This document shows positions 11,994 to 23,800 of a stretch of 64,000 nt of DNA, piece by piece. Location of the stretch: contig OZ024741.1 of the NCBI GenBank assembly GCA_964016885.1, positions 13,950,001 through 14,014,000 on the forward strand, in the 5' to 3' direction. This stretch comes from Eledone cirrhosa (Eukaryota). The position numbers and the translations under genes were made by a program. Numbering within the stretch: position 1 is the first letter of the stretch; every line of letters begins with the position of its first letter. The notes beneath the pieces were generated by a model, which ran no database searches, was not told the DNA's origin, and was given only the letters and a program-made list of their open reading frames with translations.

Positions 11994-12507
11994 TCAATGT
12001 TGTTTACACAAGATATGTGTGTGTTATAATCTGATAACTTTACATTGATCTGTAGAATATTTTTTTCTAACATATCTTTCACAACAAAAACTTTGCTTAT
12101 TGTCAACACTCCATTGAAATATCTGACTTTTGTATATTTTTTACTCTTATATTTGGGTATATATATTACTGTACATATATTACTGTATGTATATTACTGT
12201 GTATATATTATTGTGTTACATCTATGTACATTATCTGTACAAATATGTGTAAATGTACACACTGCTGGTATATACATTTATATACATGCTTGTTTATCGA
12301 TATCTCTTAGTGTGTGTATGTGTATGAATGTAATGTATGTATGTGAGTTAGTGTATAGTTCTTTTATATATATATTTCTTTGCATTTGTTAATTAGGGTT
12401 GAGTAAGCATGAATAGTAGTGAACTGAGATGAGTTTACACACATATCTATATTTGTATATATATACATGAATGTGTGTGCATGAGTTTATACACACATAA
12501 ATATATA

Positions 12508-12709
12508 TGTATGTGTGTGTGGCAGTGTGTATGTGTGTGTGGCAGTGTGTGTGTGTGTGTGTGTGTGGCAGTGTGTATGTGTGTGTGGCAGTGTGTGTGT
12601 GTGTGTGTGTGTGTGGCAGTGTGTATGTGTGTTTCTGTAGCTTTGATGTCTTTACATTTTTTTCCTATAAACAAACATCACACATATTTCCTATAAACAC
12701 CACATACAC

Positions 12710-12753
<44 letters not shown>
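12508..12753. repeat. (GT)n interrupted regularly by GGCA (12508-12632) and (TA)n (12712-12753)
   Basis: Directly visible. Confidence 0.9.
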
Positions 12754-12757
<4 letters not shown>

Positions 12758-13194
12758 CTATCTATGTATATGATATATATATCTTACAATTATTTATATC
12801 ATATATTTTTTCTCTCTCTGGTCAAACCAACCATTATGAAATATTGTTGGCGACAAAAAATATATTTTCCACCCCCACAACTCCCCCACCCCCCACATGC
12901 CCACAAACAAACATGTGTTTTTGTGTTTCAGCAATTCTTGTTCTCTTTCATATCTAGTTTCCCCACCACCACTATAACAGCTACCCCCCACCCCACCATG
13001 ACAGCTACCCCACCACCACCACCAACCCACTGCTCCACTTTAAATGGTCACTGGTCAAGTTTGATAGCTGTGTTAACTTGTCTTGTTTTTGTTTTTTTGT
13101 GGTGGTGGTTGGATGGGTGGGGGTATACCTCCCCTTCACCCTTCTCCCCCCTGCAACATTTTCTGCTCTCAGTTGATGATAAACAACCACAATA

Positions 13195-13772
13195 GCAATA
13201 ATAATAACCACCACCACTACCACCACTACCAACACCATCACCATTACCACCACCAACACCACCACCACCATAACCACCACCACCTCCTCCACTACCACCA
13301 CCATAGCCACCACTATCACCACCACTACCACCACCACCATCACCACCAACAACACCACCACCAACACCACCACCATCACCACCACCAACACCACCACCAC
13401 CAACACCACCACCACTATAACCACCACCACCAACACCACCACCAACACCACCACCATCACCACCACCAACACCACCACCACAAACACCATCACCACTACC
13501 AACACCATCACCACTACCAACACCAACACCACCACCATCACCACCACCAACACCACCACCACAAACACCATCACCACTACCAACACCATCACCACTACCA
13601 ACACCATCACCACTACCAACACCAACACCACCACCACCACCATCACCACCACTACCACCATCACCACCACTACCAATACCATCACCACTACCAACACCAT
13701 CACCACCACCACCACCACCACCACCACCACTACCACCAGCACCAGCACCACCACCAACAACAACAACAACAA
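13195..13772. repeat. Compound (CAC/CAT/CAA/TAC)n trinucleotide tract
   Basis: Directly visible; it produces the poly-His/poly-Val ORFs. Confidence 0.95.
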
Positions 13773-13819
13773 TGATGACATCAACAATACCATGCCAGTA
13801 TGGTAAGTGGCCCTAAAGA

Positions 13820-14249
13820 GATGATGATGAAAATGGTGATAGTGACGACGATGATGATGATGGTGATGGTGATGATGATGATGATGGTGGTGGTGGTGAT
13901 GATGATGATGATGGTGGTGATGATGATGGTGGTGGTGGTGATGATGGCGATGATGATGGTGGTGGTGATGATGGTGGTGGTGATGATGATGCTGATGATG
14001 GTGGTGGTGGTGATGATGATGATGACGATGATGATGGTGGTGGTGATGATGGTGATGGTGGTGGTGATGGTGGTGGTGGTGATGATGGTGGTGGTTTATG
14101 GTGGTGGTGATGGTGATGGTGGTGGTGGTGGTGGTGGTGGTGGTGATGGTGGTGGTGGTGATGGTGGTGGTGGTGGTGGTGATGATGGTGATGGTGGTGG
14201 TGGTGATGATGGTGGTGGTGATGGTGATGATGGTGGTGGTGATGGTGAT
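13820..14249. repeat. Compound (GAT/GGT)n trinucleotide tract, complementary in type to 13195-13772
   Basis: Directly visible. Confidence 0.95.
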
Positions 14250-14401
14250 CAACAACATTACCAACCACAATAAAGTAACAACAACCACAACAATAACAAC
14301 AACATTACCAACAACAACAACAACCACAATAACAATAACAACAACATTACCAACCACAATAACAACAACCACAACAATAACACCAGTAACAACAACAACA
14401 A
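14250..14401. repeat. (ACA)n-type trinucleotide tract
   Basis: ACAACAACCACAATAACA... Confidence 0.9.
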
Positions 14402-14617
14402 TGGTGGTTGTGATGAAGACAAAGAAACCAAAAAAGGACAAAATGATGATAAAAAAGGAGTTTTTGTTAGAATGTGTCCATTATCAGGGCCCCGTTAAAG
14501 AAAGCATTATCAGGGCCCTGTTACCTCTCTTCTCATCCATGTATTGATAGCATTGACAGGAACCTGGATAACATATCATCACATGAATTTCAGTCCCCAT
14601 CACACTCCCTGCTGAAA

Positions 14618-14845
14618 GTGTATATATATGTGTGTGTGTATGTATATATGTGTATGTGTGTGTATGTATATATGTGTATGTCTGTCTTGTGTGTGTATGT
14701 ATATATATGTGTGTATGTATATACGTGTGTGTGTATGTGTATGTTTGTAAGTGTATGTGTGTCTTGTCTGTCTATGTGTATGTATATGTGTGTGTGTATG
14801 TATATAAGTGTGTGTGTATGTATGTATATATGTATATAAGTGTGC
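14618..14845. repeat. Mixed (TG)n/(TA)n microsatellite abutting the satellite
   Basis: Directly visible. Confidence 0.9.
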
Positions 14846-14856
14846 GTGAAGTTGCA

Positions 14857-17800
14857 TGGTTTAGTAGCTAGGGTGTGGAGTACACTATAATACTGTGGTT
14901 TAGTAGCTAGGGTGTGGAGTACACCATAATACTGTGGTTTAGTAACTAGGGTGTGGAGTACCACCATAATACTGTGGTTTAGTAACTAGGGTGTGGAGTA
15001 CCACCATAATACTGTGGTTTAGTAGCTAGGGTGTAAAGTACCACCATAATACTGTGGTTTAGTAACTAGAGTGTGGAGTACCACCATAATACTGTGGTTT
15101 AGTAGCTAGGGTGTAAAGTACCACCATAATACTGTGGTTTAGTAGCTAGGGTGTGGAGTACACCATAATACTGTGGTTTAGTAACTAGGGTGTGGAGTAC
15201 CACCATAATACTGTGGTTTAGTAACTAGGGTGTGGAGTACCACCATAATACTGTGGTTTAGTAACTAGGGTGTGGAATACCACCATAATACTGTGGTTTA
15301 GTAACTAGGGTGTGGAGTACCACCATAATACTGTGGTTTAGTAACTAGGGTGTGGAGTACACCATAATACTGTGGTTTAGTAACTAGGGTGTGGAGTACC
15401 ACCATAATACTGTGGTTTAGTAGCTAGGGTGTGGAGTACCACCATAATACTGTGGTTTAGTAAATAGGATGTGGAGTACCACCATAATACTGTGGTTTAG
15501 TAACTAGGGTGTGGAGTACCACCATAATACTGTGGTTTAGTAGCTAGGGTGTGGAGTACCACCATAATACTGTGGTTTAGTAACTAGGGTGTGGAGTACC
15601 ACCATAATACTGTGATTTAGTAGCTAGGGTGTGGAGTACCACCATAATACTGTTGTTTAGTAGCTAGGGTGTGGAGTACACCATCATACTGTGGTTTAGT
15701 AGCTAGAGTGTGGAGTACCACCATAATACTGTGGTTTAGTAGCTAGGGTGTGGAGTACACCATAATACAGTGGTTTAGTAACTAGGGTGTGGAATACCAC
15801 CATAATACTGTGGTTTAGTGGCTAGGGTGTGAAGTACCACCATAATACTGTGGTTTAGTAACTAGGGTGTGGAGTACCACCATAATACTGTGGTTTAGTA
15901 GCTAGGGTGTGGAGTACACCATAATACTGTGGTTTAGTAACTAGGGTGTGGAGTACCACCATAATACTGTGGTTTAGTAGCTAGGGTGTAAAGTACCACC
16001 ATAATACTGTGGTTTAGTAACTAGAGTGTGGAGTACCACCATAATACTGTGGTTTAGTAGCTAGGGTGTAAAGTACCACCATAATACTGTGGTTTAGTAA
16101 CTAGGGTGTGGAGTACACCATAATACTGTGGTTTAGTAGCTAGGGTGTGGAGTACACCATAATACTGTGGTTTAGTAACTAGGGTGTGGAGTACCACCAT
16201 AATACTGTGGTTTAGTAACTAGGGTGTGGAGTACCACCATAATACTGTGGTTTAGTAACTAGGGTGTGGAATACCACCATAATACTGTGGTTTAGTAACT
16301 AGGGTGTGGAGTACCACCATAATACTGTGGTTTAGTAACTAGGGTGTGGAGTACACCATAATACTGTGGTTTAGTAACTAGGGTGTGGAGTACCACCATA
16401 ATACTGTGGTTTAGTAGCTAGGGTGTGGAGTACCACCATAATACTGTGGTTTAGTAAATAGGATGTGGAGTACCACCATAATACTGTGGTTTAGTAACTA
16501 GGGTGTGGAGTACCACCATAATACTGTGGTTTAGTAGCTAGGGTGTGGAGTACCACCATAATACTGTGGTTTAGTAACTAGGGTGTGGAGTACCACCATA
16601 ATACTGTGATTTAGTAGCTAGGGTGTGGAGTACCACCATAATACTGTTGTTTAGTAGCTAGGGTGTGGAGTACACCATCATACTGTGGTTTAGTAGCTAG
16701 AGTGTGGAGTACCACCATAATACTGTGGTTTAGTAGCTAGGGTGTGGAGTACACCATAATACAGTGGTTTAGTAACTAGGGTGTGGAATACCACCATAAT
16801 ACTGTGGTTTAGTGGCTAGGGTGTGAAGTACCACCATAATACTGTGGTTTAGTAACTAGGGTGTGGAGTACCACCATAATACTGTGGTTTAGTAGCTAGG
16901 GTGTGGAGTACCACCATAATACTGTGGTTTAGTAACTAGGGGGTGGAGTACCACCATAATACTGTGGTTTAGTAGCTAGGGTGTGGAGTACCACCATAAT
17001 ACTGTGGTTTAGTAACTAGGGTGTGGTGTACCACCATAATACTGTGGTTTAGTTGCTAGGGTGTGGAGTACCACCATAATAGTGTGGTTTAGTAACTAGG
17101 ATGTGGAGTACCACCATAATACTGTGGTTTAGTAACTAGGGTGTGGAATACCACCATAATACTGTGGTTTAGTAGCTAGGTGTGATGTACCACCATAATA
17201 CTGTGGTTTAGTAACTAGGGTGTGGAGTACCACCATAATACTGTGGTTTAGTAGCTAGGGTGTGGAGTACACCATAATACTGTGGTTTAGTAACTAGGGT
17301 GTAGAGTACCACCATAATAGTGTGGTTTAGTAACTAGGGTGTGGAGTACCACCATAATACTGTGGTTTAGTAGCTAGGGTGTGGAGTACACCATCATACT
17401 GTGGTTTAGTAACTAGGGTGTGGAGTACACCATAATACTGTGGTTTAGTAGCTAGGGTGTGGAGTACACCATAATACTGTGGTTTAGTAACTAGGGTGTG
17501 GAGTACCACCATAATACTGTGGTTTAGTAACTAGGGTGTGGAGTACCACCATAATACTGTGGTTTAGTAACTAGGGTGTGGAATACCACCATAATACTGT
17601 GGTTTAGTAACTAGGGTGTGGAGTTCCACCATAATACTGTGGTTTAGTAACTAGGGTGTAGAGTACCACCATAATAATGTGGTTTAGTAACTAGGGTGTG
17701 GAGTACCACCATAATACTGTGGTTTAGTAGCTAGGGTGTGGAGTACCACCATAATACTGTGGTTTAGTAACTAGGGTGTGGAGTACCACCATAATATTGT

Positions 17801-20800
17801 GGTTTAGTAGCTAGGGTGTGGAGTACCACCATAATACTGTGGTTTAGTAACTAGGGTGTGGAGTACCACCATAATACTGTGGTTTAGTAGCTAGAGTGTG
17901 GAGTACCACAATAATACTGTGGTTTAGTAACTAGGGTGTGGAGTACCACCATAATACTGTGGTTTAGTAGCTAGGGTGTGGAGTACCACCATAATACTGT
18001 GGTTTAGTAGCTAGGGTGTGGAGTACCACCATAATACTGTTGTTTAGTAGCTAGGGTGTGGAGTACACTATCATACTGTGGTTTAGTAGCTAGAGTGTGG
18101 AGTACCACCATAATACTGTGGATTAGTAGCTAGGGTGTGGAGTACCACCATAATACTGTTGTTTAGTAGCTAGGGTGTGGAGTACCGCCGTAATACTATG
18201 GTTTAGTAGCTAGGGTGTGGAGTACCACCATAATACTGTGGTTTAGTAACTAGGGTGTGGACTACCACCATAATACTGTGGTTTAGTAACTAGAGTGTGG
18301 AGTACCACAATAATACTGTGGTTTAGTAACTAGGGTGTGGAGTACCACCATAATACTGTGGTTTAGTAGCTAGGGTGTGGAGTACCACCATAATACTGTG
18401 GTTTAGTAACTAGGGTGGGGAGTACCACCATAATACTGTGGTTTAGTAACTAGGGTGTGGAGTACCACCATAATACTGTGGTTTAGTAACTAGAGTGTGG
18501 AGTACCACCATAATACTGTGGTTTAGTAACTAGGGTGTGGAGTACCACCATAATACTGTGGATTAGTAGCTAGGTGTGATGTACCACCATAATACTGTGG
18601 TTTAGTAACTAGGGTGTGGAGTACCACCATAATACTGTGGTTTAGTAGCTAGGGTGTGGAGTACACCATAATACTGTGGTTTAGTAACTAGGGTGTGGAG
18701 TACCACCATAATACTGTGGTTTAGTAACTAGGGTGTGGAGTACCACCATAATACTGTGGTTTAGTAGCTAGGGTATGGAGTACCACCATAATACTGTGGT
18801 TTAGTAACTAGGGTGTGGAGTACCACCATAATACTGTGGTTTAGTAGCTAGGGTGTGGAGTACCACCATAATACTGTGGTTTAGTAACTAGGGTGTGGAG
18901 TACCACCATAATACTGTGGTTTAGTAGCTAGAGTGTGGAGTACACCATAATACAGTGGTTTAGTAACTAGGGTGTGGAATACCACCATAATACTGTGGTT
19001 TAGTAACTAGGGTGTGGAGTACCACCATAATACTGGTTTAGTAGCTAGGGTGTGGAGTACCACCGTAATACTGTGGTTTAGTAGCTAGGGTGTGGAGTAC
19101 CACCGTAATACTGTGGTTTAGTAGCTAGGGTGTGGAGTACCACCATAATACTGTGGTTTAGTAACTAGGGTGTGGACTACAACCATAATACTGTGGTTTA
19201 GCAACTAGAGTGTGGAGTACCACCATAATACTGTGGTTTAGTAACTACAGGGTGGAGTACCACCATAATACTGTGGTTTAGTAACTAGGGTGTGGAGTAC
19301 CATCATAATACTGTGGTTTAGTAACTAGGGTGTGGAGTACCACCATAATATTGTGGTTTAGTAACTAGGGTGTCGAGTACCACCACAATACTGTGGTTTA
19401 GTAACTAGGGTGTGGAGTACCACCATAATACTGTGGTTTAGTAACTAGGGTGTGGAGTACCACCATAATACTGTGGTTTAGTAGCTAGGGTGTGGAGTAC
19501 ACCATAATACTGTGGTTTAGTAACTAGGGTGTGGAGTACCACCATAATACTGTGGTTTAGTAACTAGGATGTGGAGTACCACCATAATACTGTGGTTTAG
19601 TAACTAGGGTGTGGAGTACCACCATAATACTGTGGTTTAGTAGCTAGGGTGTGATGTACCACCATAATACTGTGGTTTAGTAACTAGGGGGTGGAGTACC
19701 ACCATAATACTGTGGTTTAGTAGCTAGGGTGTGGAGTACCACCATAATACTGTGGTTTAGTAACTAGGGTGTGGAGTACCACCATAATACTGTGGTTTAG
19801 TTGCTAGGGTGTGGAGTACCACCATAATACTGTGGTTTAGTAACTAGGGTGTGGAGTACCACCATAATACTGTGGTTTAGTAACTAGCGTGTGGAGTACC
19901 ACCTTAATACTGTGGTTTAGTAACTAGGGTGTGGAGTACCACCATAATACTGTGGTTTAGTAGCTAGGGTGTGGAGTACCACCATAATACTGTGGTTTAG
20001 TAGCTAGGGTGTGGAGTACTACCATAATACTGTGGTTTAGTAGCTAGGATGTGGAGTACCACCATAATACTGTGGTTTAGTAACTAGGGTGTGGAGTACC
20101 ACCATAATACTGTGGTTTGGTAACTAGGGTGTGGAGTTCCACCATAATACTGTGATTTAGTAACTAGGGTGTGGAGTACCACCATAATACTGTGTTTTAG
20201 TAACTAGGGTGTGGAGTACCACCATAATACTGTGGTTTAGTAGCTAGGGTGTGGAGTACACCATAATACTGTGGTTTAGTAGCTAGGGTGTGGAGTACCA
20301 CCATAATACTGTGGTTTAGTAGCTAGGGTGTGGAGTACACCATAATACTGTGGTTTAGTAACTAGGGTGTAGAGTACCACCATAATACTGTGGTTTAGTA
20401 ACTAGGGTGTGGAGTACCACCATAATACTGTGATTTAGTAGCTAGGGTGTGGAGTACCACCATAATACTGTTGTTTAGTAGCTAGGGTGTGGAGTACACC
20501 ATAATACTGTGGTTTAGTAGCTAGAGTGTGGAGTACCACCATAATACTGTGGTTTAGTAGCTAGGGTGTGGAGTACACCATAATACAGTGGTTTAGTAAC
20601 TAGGGTGTGGAATACCACCATAATACTGTGGTTTAGTAACTAGGGTGTGGAGTACCACCATAATACTGGTTTAGTAGCTAGGGTGTGGAGTACCACCGTA
20701 ATACTGTGGTTTAGTAGCTAGGGTGTGGAGTACCACCGTAATACGGTGGTTTAGTAGCTAGGGTGTGGAGTACCACCATAATACTGTGGTTTAGTAACTA

Positions 20801-23800
20801 GGGTGTGGACTACCACCATAATACTGTGGTTTAGTAACTAGAGTGTGGAGTACCACCATAATACTGTGGTTTAGTAACTAGGGTGTGGAGTACCACCATA
20901 ATACTGTGGTTTAGTAGCTAGGGTGTGGAGTACCACCATAATACTGTGGTTTAGTAACTAGGGGGTGGAGTACCACCATAATACTGTGGTTCAGTAGCTA
21001 GGGTGTGGAGTACCACCATAATACTGTGGTTTAGTAACTAGGGTGTGGTGTACCACCATAATACTGTGGTTTAGTTACTAGGGTGTGGAGTACCACCATA
21101 ATACTGTGGTTTAGTAACTAGGATGTGGAGTACCACCATAATACTGTGGTTTAGTAACTAGGGTGTGGAATACCACCATAATACTGTGGTTTAGTAGCTA
21201 GGTGTGATGTACCACCATAATACTGTGGTTTAGTAACTAGGGTGTGGAGTACCACCATAATACTGTGGTTTAGTAGCTAGGGTGTGGAGTACCACCATTA
21301 TACTGTGGTTCAGTAACTAGGGTGTGGAGTACCACCATAATACTGTGGTTTAGTAGCTAGGGTGTGGAGTACCACCATAATACTGTGGTTTAGTAACTAG
21401 GGTGTGGAGTACCACCATAATACTGTGATTTAGTAGCTAGGGTGTGGAGTACCACCATAATACTGTTGTTTAGTAGCTAGGGTGTGGAGTACCACCATAA
21501 TACTATGGTTTAGCAGCTAGGGTGTGGAGTACCACCATAATACTGTGGTTTAGTAACTAGGGTGTGGACTACCACCATAATACTGTGGTTTAGTAACTAG
21601 AGTGTGGAGTACCACCATAATACTGTGGTTTAGTAACCAGGGTGTGGAGTACCACCATAATACTGTGGTTTAGTAGCTAGGGTGTGGAGTACCACCATAA
21701 TACTGTGGTTTAGTAGCTAGGGTGTGGAGTACCACCATAATACTGTTATTTAGTAGCTAGGGTGTGGAGTACACCATCATACTGTAATTTAGTAGCTAGA
21801 GTGTGGAGTACCACCATAATACTGTGGATTAGTAGCTAGGGTGTGGAGTACACCATAATACAGTGGTTTAGTAACTAGGGTGTGGAATACCACCATAATA
21901 CTGTGGTTTAGTAACTAGGGTGTGGAGTACCACCATAATACTGTGGTTTAGTAACTAGGGTGTGGAGTACCACCATAATACTGTGGTTTAGTGGCTAGGG
22001 TGTGGAGTACCACCATAATACTGTGGTTTAGTAACTAGGGTGTGGAGTACCACCATAATACTGTGGTTTAGTAGCTAGGGTGTGGAGTACCACCATAATA
22101 CTGTGGTTTAGTAACTAGGATGTGGAGTACCACCATAATACTGTGGTTTAGTAACTAGGGTGTGGAGTACCACCATAATACTGTGGTTTAGTAGCTAGGG
22201 TGTGGAGTACCACCATAATACTGTGGTTTAGTAACTAGGGGGTGGAGTACCACCATAATACTGTGGTTTAGTAGCTAGGGTGTGGAGTACCACCATAATA
22301 CTGTGGTTTAGTAACTAGGGTGTGGTGTACCACCATAATACTGTGGTTTAGTTGCTAGGGTGTGGAGTACCACCATAATACTGTGGTTTAGTAACTAGGA
22401 TGTGGAGTACCACCATAATACTGTGGTTTAGTAACTAGGGTGTGGAATACCACCATAATACTGTGGTTTACTAGTTAGGTGTGATGTACCACCATAATAC
22501 TGTGGTTTAGTTACTAGGGTGTGGAGTACCACCATAATACTGTGGTTTAGTAGCTAGGGTGTGGAGTACACCATAATACTGTGGTTTAGTAACTAGGGTG
22601 TAGAGTACCACCATAATACTGTGGTTTAGTAACTAGGGTGTGGAGTACCACCATAATACTGTGGTTTAGTAGCTAGGGTGTGGAGTAAACCATAATACTA
22701 TGGTTTAGTAACTAGGGTGTGGAGTACCACCATAATACTGTGGTTTAGTAACTAGGGTGTGGAGTACCACCATAATACTGTGGTTTAGTAGCTAGGGTGT
22801 GGAGTACAACCATAATACTGTGGTTTAGTAACTAGGGTGTGGAGTACCACCATAATACTGTGGTTTAGTAGCTAGGGTGTGGAATACCACCATAATACTG
22901 TGGTTTAGTAACTAGGGTGTGGAGTACCACCATAATACTGTGGTTTAGTAGCTAGGGTGTGGAGTACACCATAATACAGTGGTTTAGTAACTAGGGTGTG
23001 GAATACCACCATAATACTGTGGTTTGGTAACTAGGGTGTGGAGTACCACCATAATACTGGTTTAGTAGCTAGGGTGTGGAGTACCACCGTAATACTGTGG
23101 TTTAGTAGCTAGGGTGTGGAGTACCACCGTAAAACTGTGGTTTAGTAGCTAGGGTGTGGAGTACCACCATAATACTGTGGTTTAGTAACTAGGGTGTGGA
23201 ATACCACCATAATACTGTGGTTTAGCAACTAGAGTGTGGAGTACCACCATAATACTGTGGTTTAGTAGCTAGAGGGTGGAGTACCACCATAATACTGTGG
23301 TTTAGTAACTAGGGTGTGGAGTACCACCATAATACTGTGGTTTAGTAACTAGGGTGTGGAGTACCACCATAATACTGTGGTTTAGTAACTAGGGTGTGGA
23401 GTACCACCATAATACTGTGGTTTAGTAACTAGGGTGTGGAGTACCACCATAATACTGTGGTTTAGTAACTAGGGTGTCGAGAACCACCACAATACTGTGA
23501 TTTAGTAACTAGGGTGTGGAGTACCACGATAATACTGTGGTTTAGTAACTAGGGTGTGGAGTACCACCATAATACTGTGGTTTAGTAGCTAGGGTGTGGA
23601 GTACACCATAATACTGTGGTTTAGTAACTAGGGTGTGGAGTACCACCATAATACTGTGGTTTAGTAACTAGGATGTGGAGTACCACCATAATACTGTGGT
23701 TTAGTAACTAGGGTGTGGAGTACCACCATAATACTGTGGTTTAGTAGCTAGGGTGTGGAGTACCACCATAATACTGTGGTTTAGTAACTAGGGGGTGGAG

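Noticed and set aside
4000-11997. 2665-aa minus-strand ORF (YVMIITTTT)n as a mucin-like gene with an N-terminal Leu 'signal peptide'
   Set aside because: The start is non-ATG and the poly-Leu comes from the (GTA)n microsatellite. It is the codon-aligned antisense of the + frame, and the splice evidence favours +. Kept only as a curiosity.
12045-14967. Poly-His, poly-Val, poly-Gly/Asp and HT/CV ORFs as standalone genes
   Set aside because: They are overlapping ORFs on both strands produced by di- and trinucleotide repeats, with no domain content. Only the splice-bounded 13173-13802 segment is flagged, speculatively.
17327-17512. ORF of VLHTLATKPQYYG repeats (also the start of 14590..14967)
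   Set aside because: It arises only where several 39-bp satellite variants are adjacent; 40-bp units break the frame.
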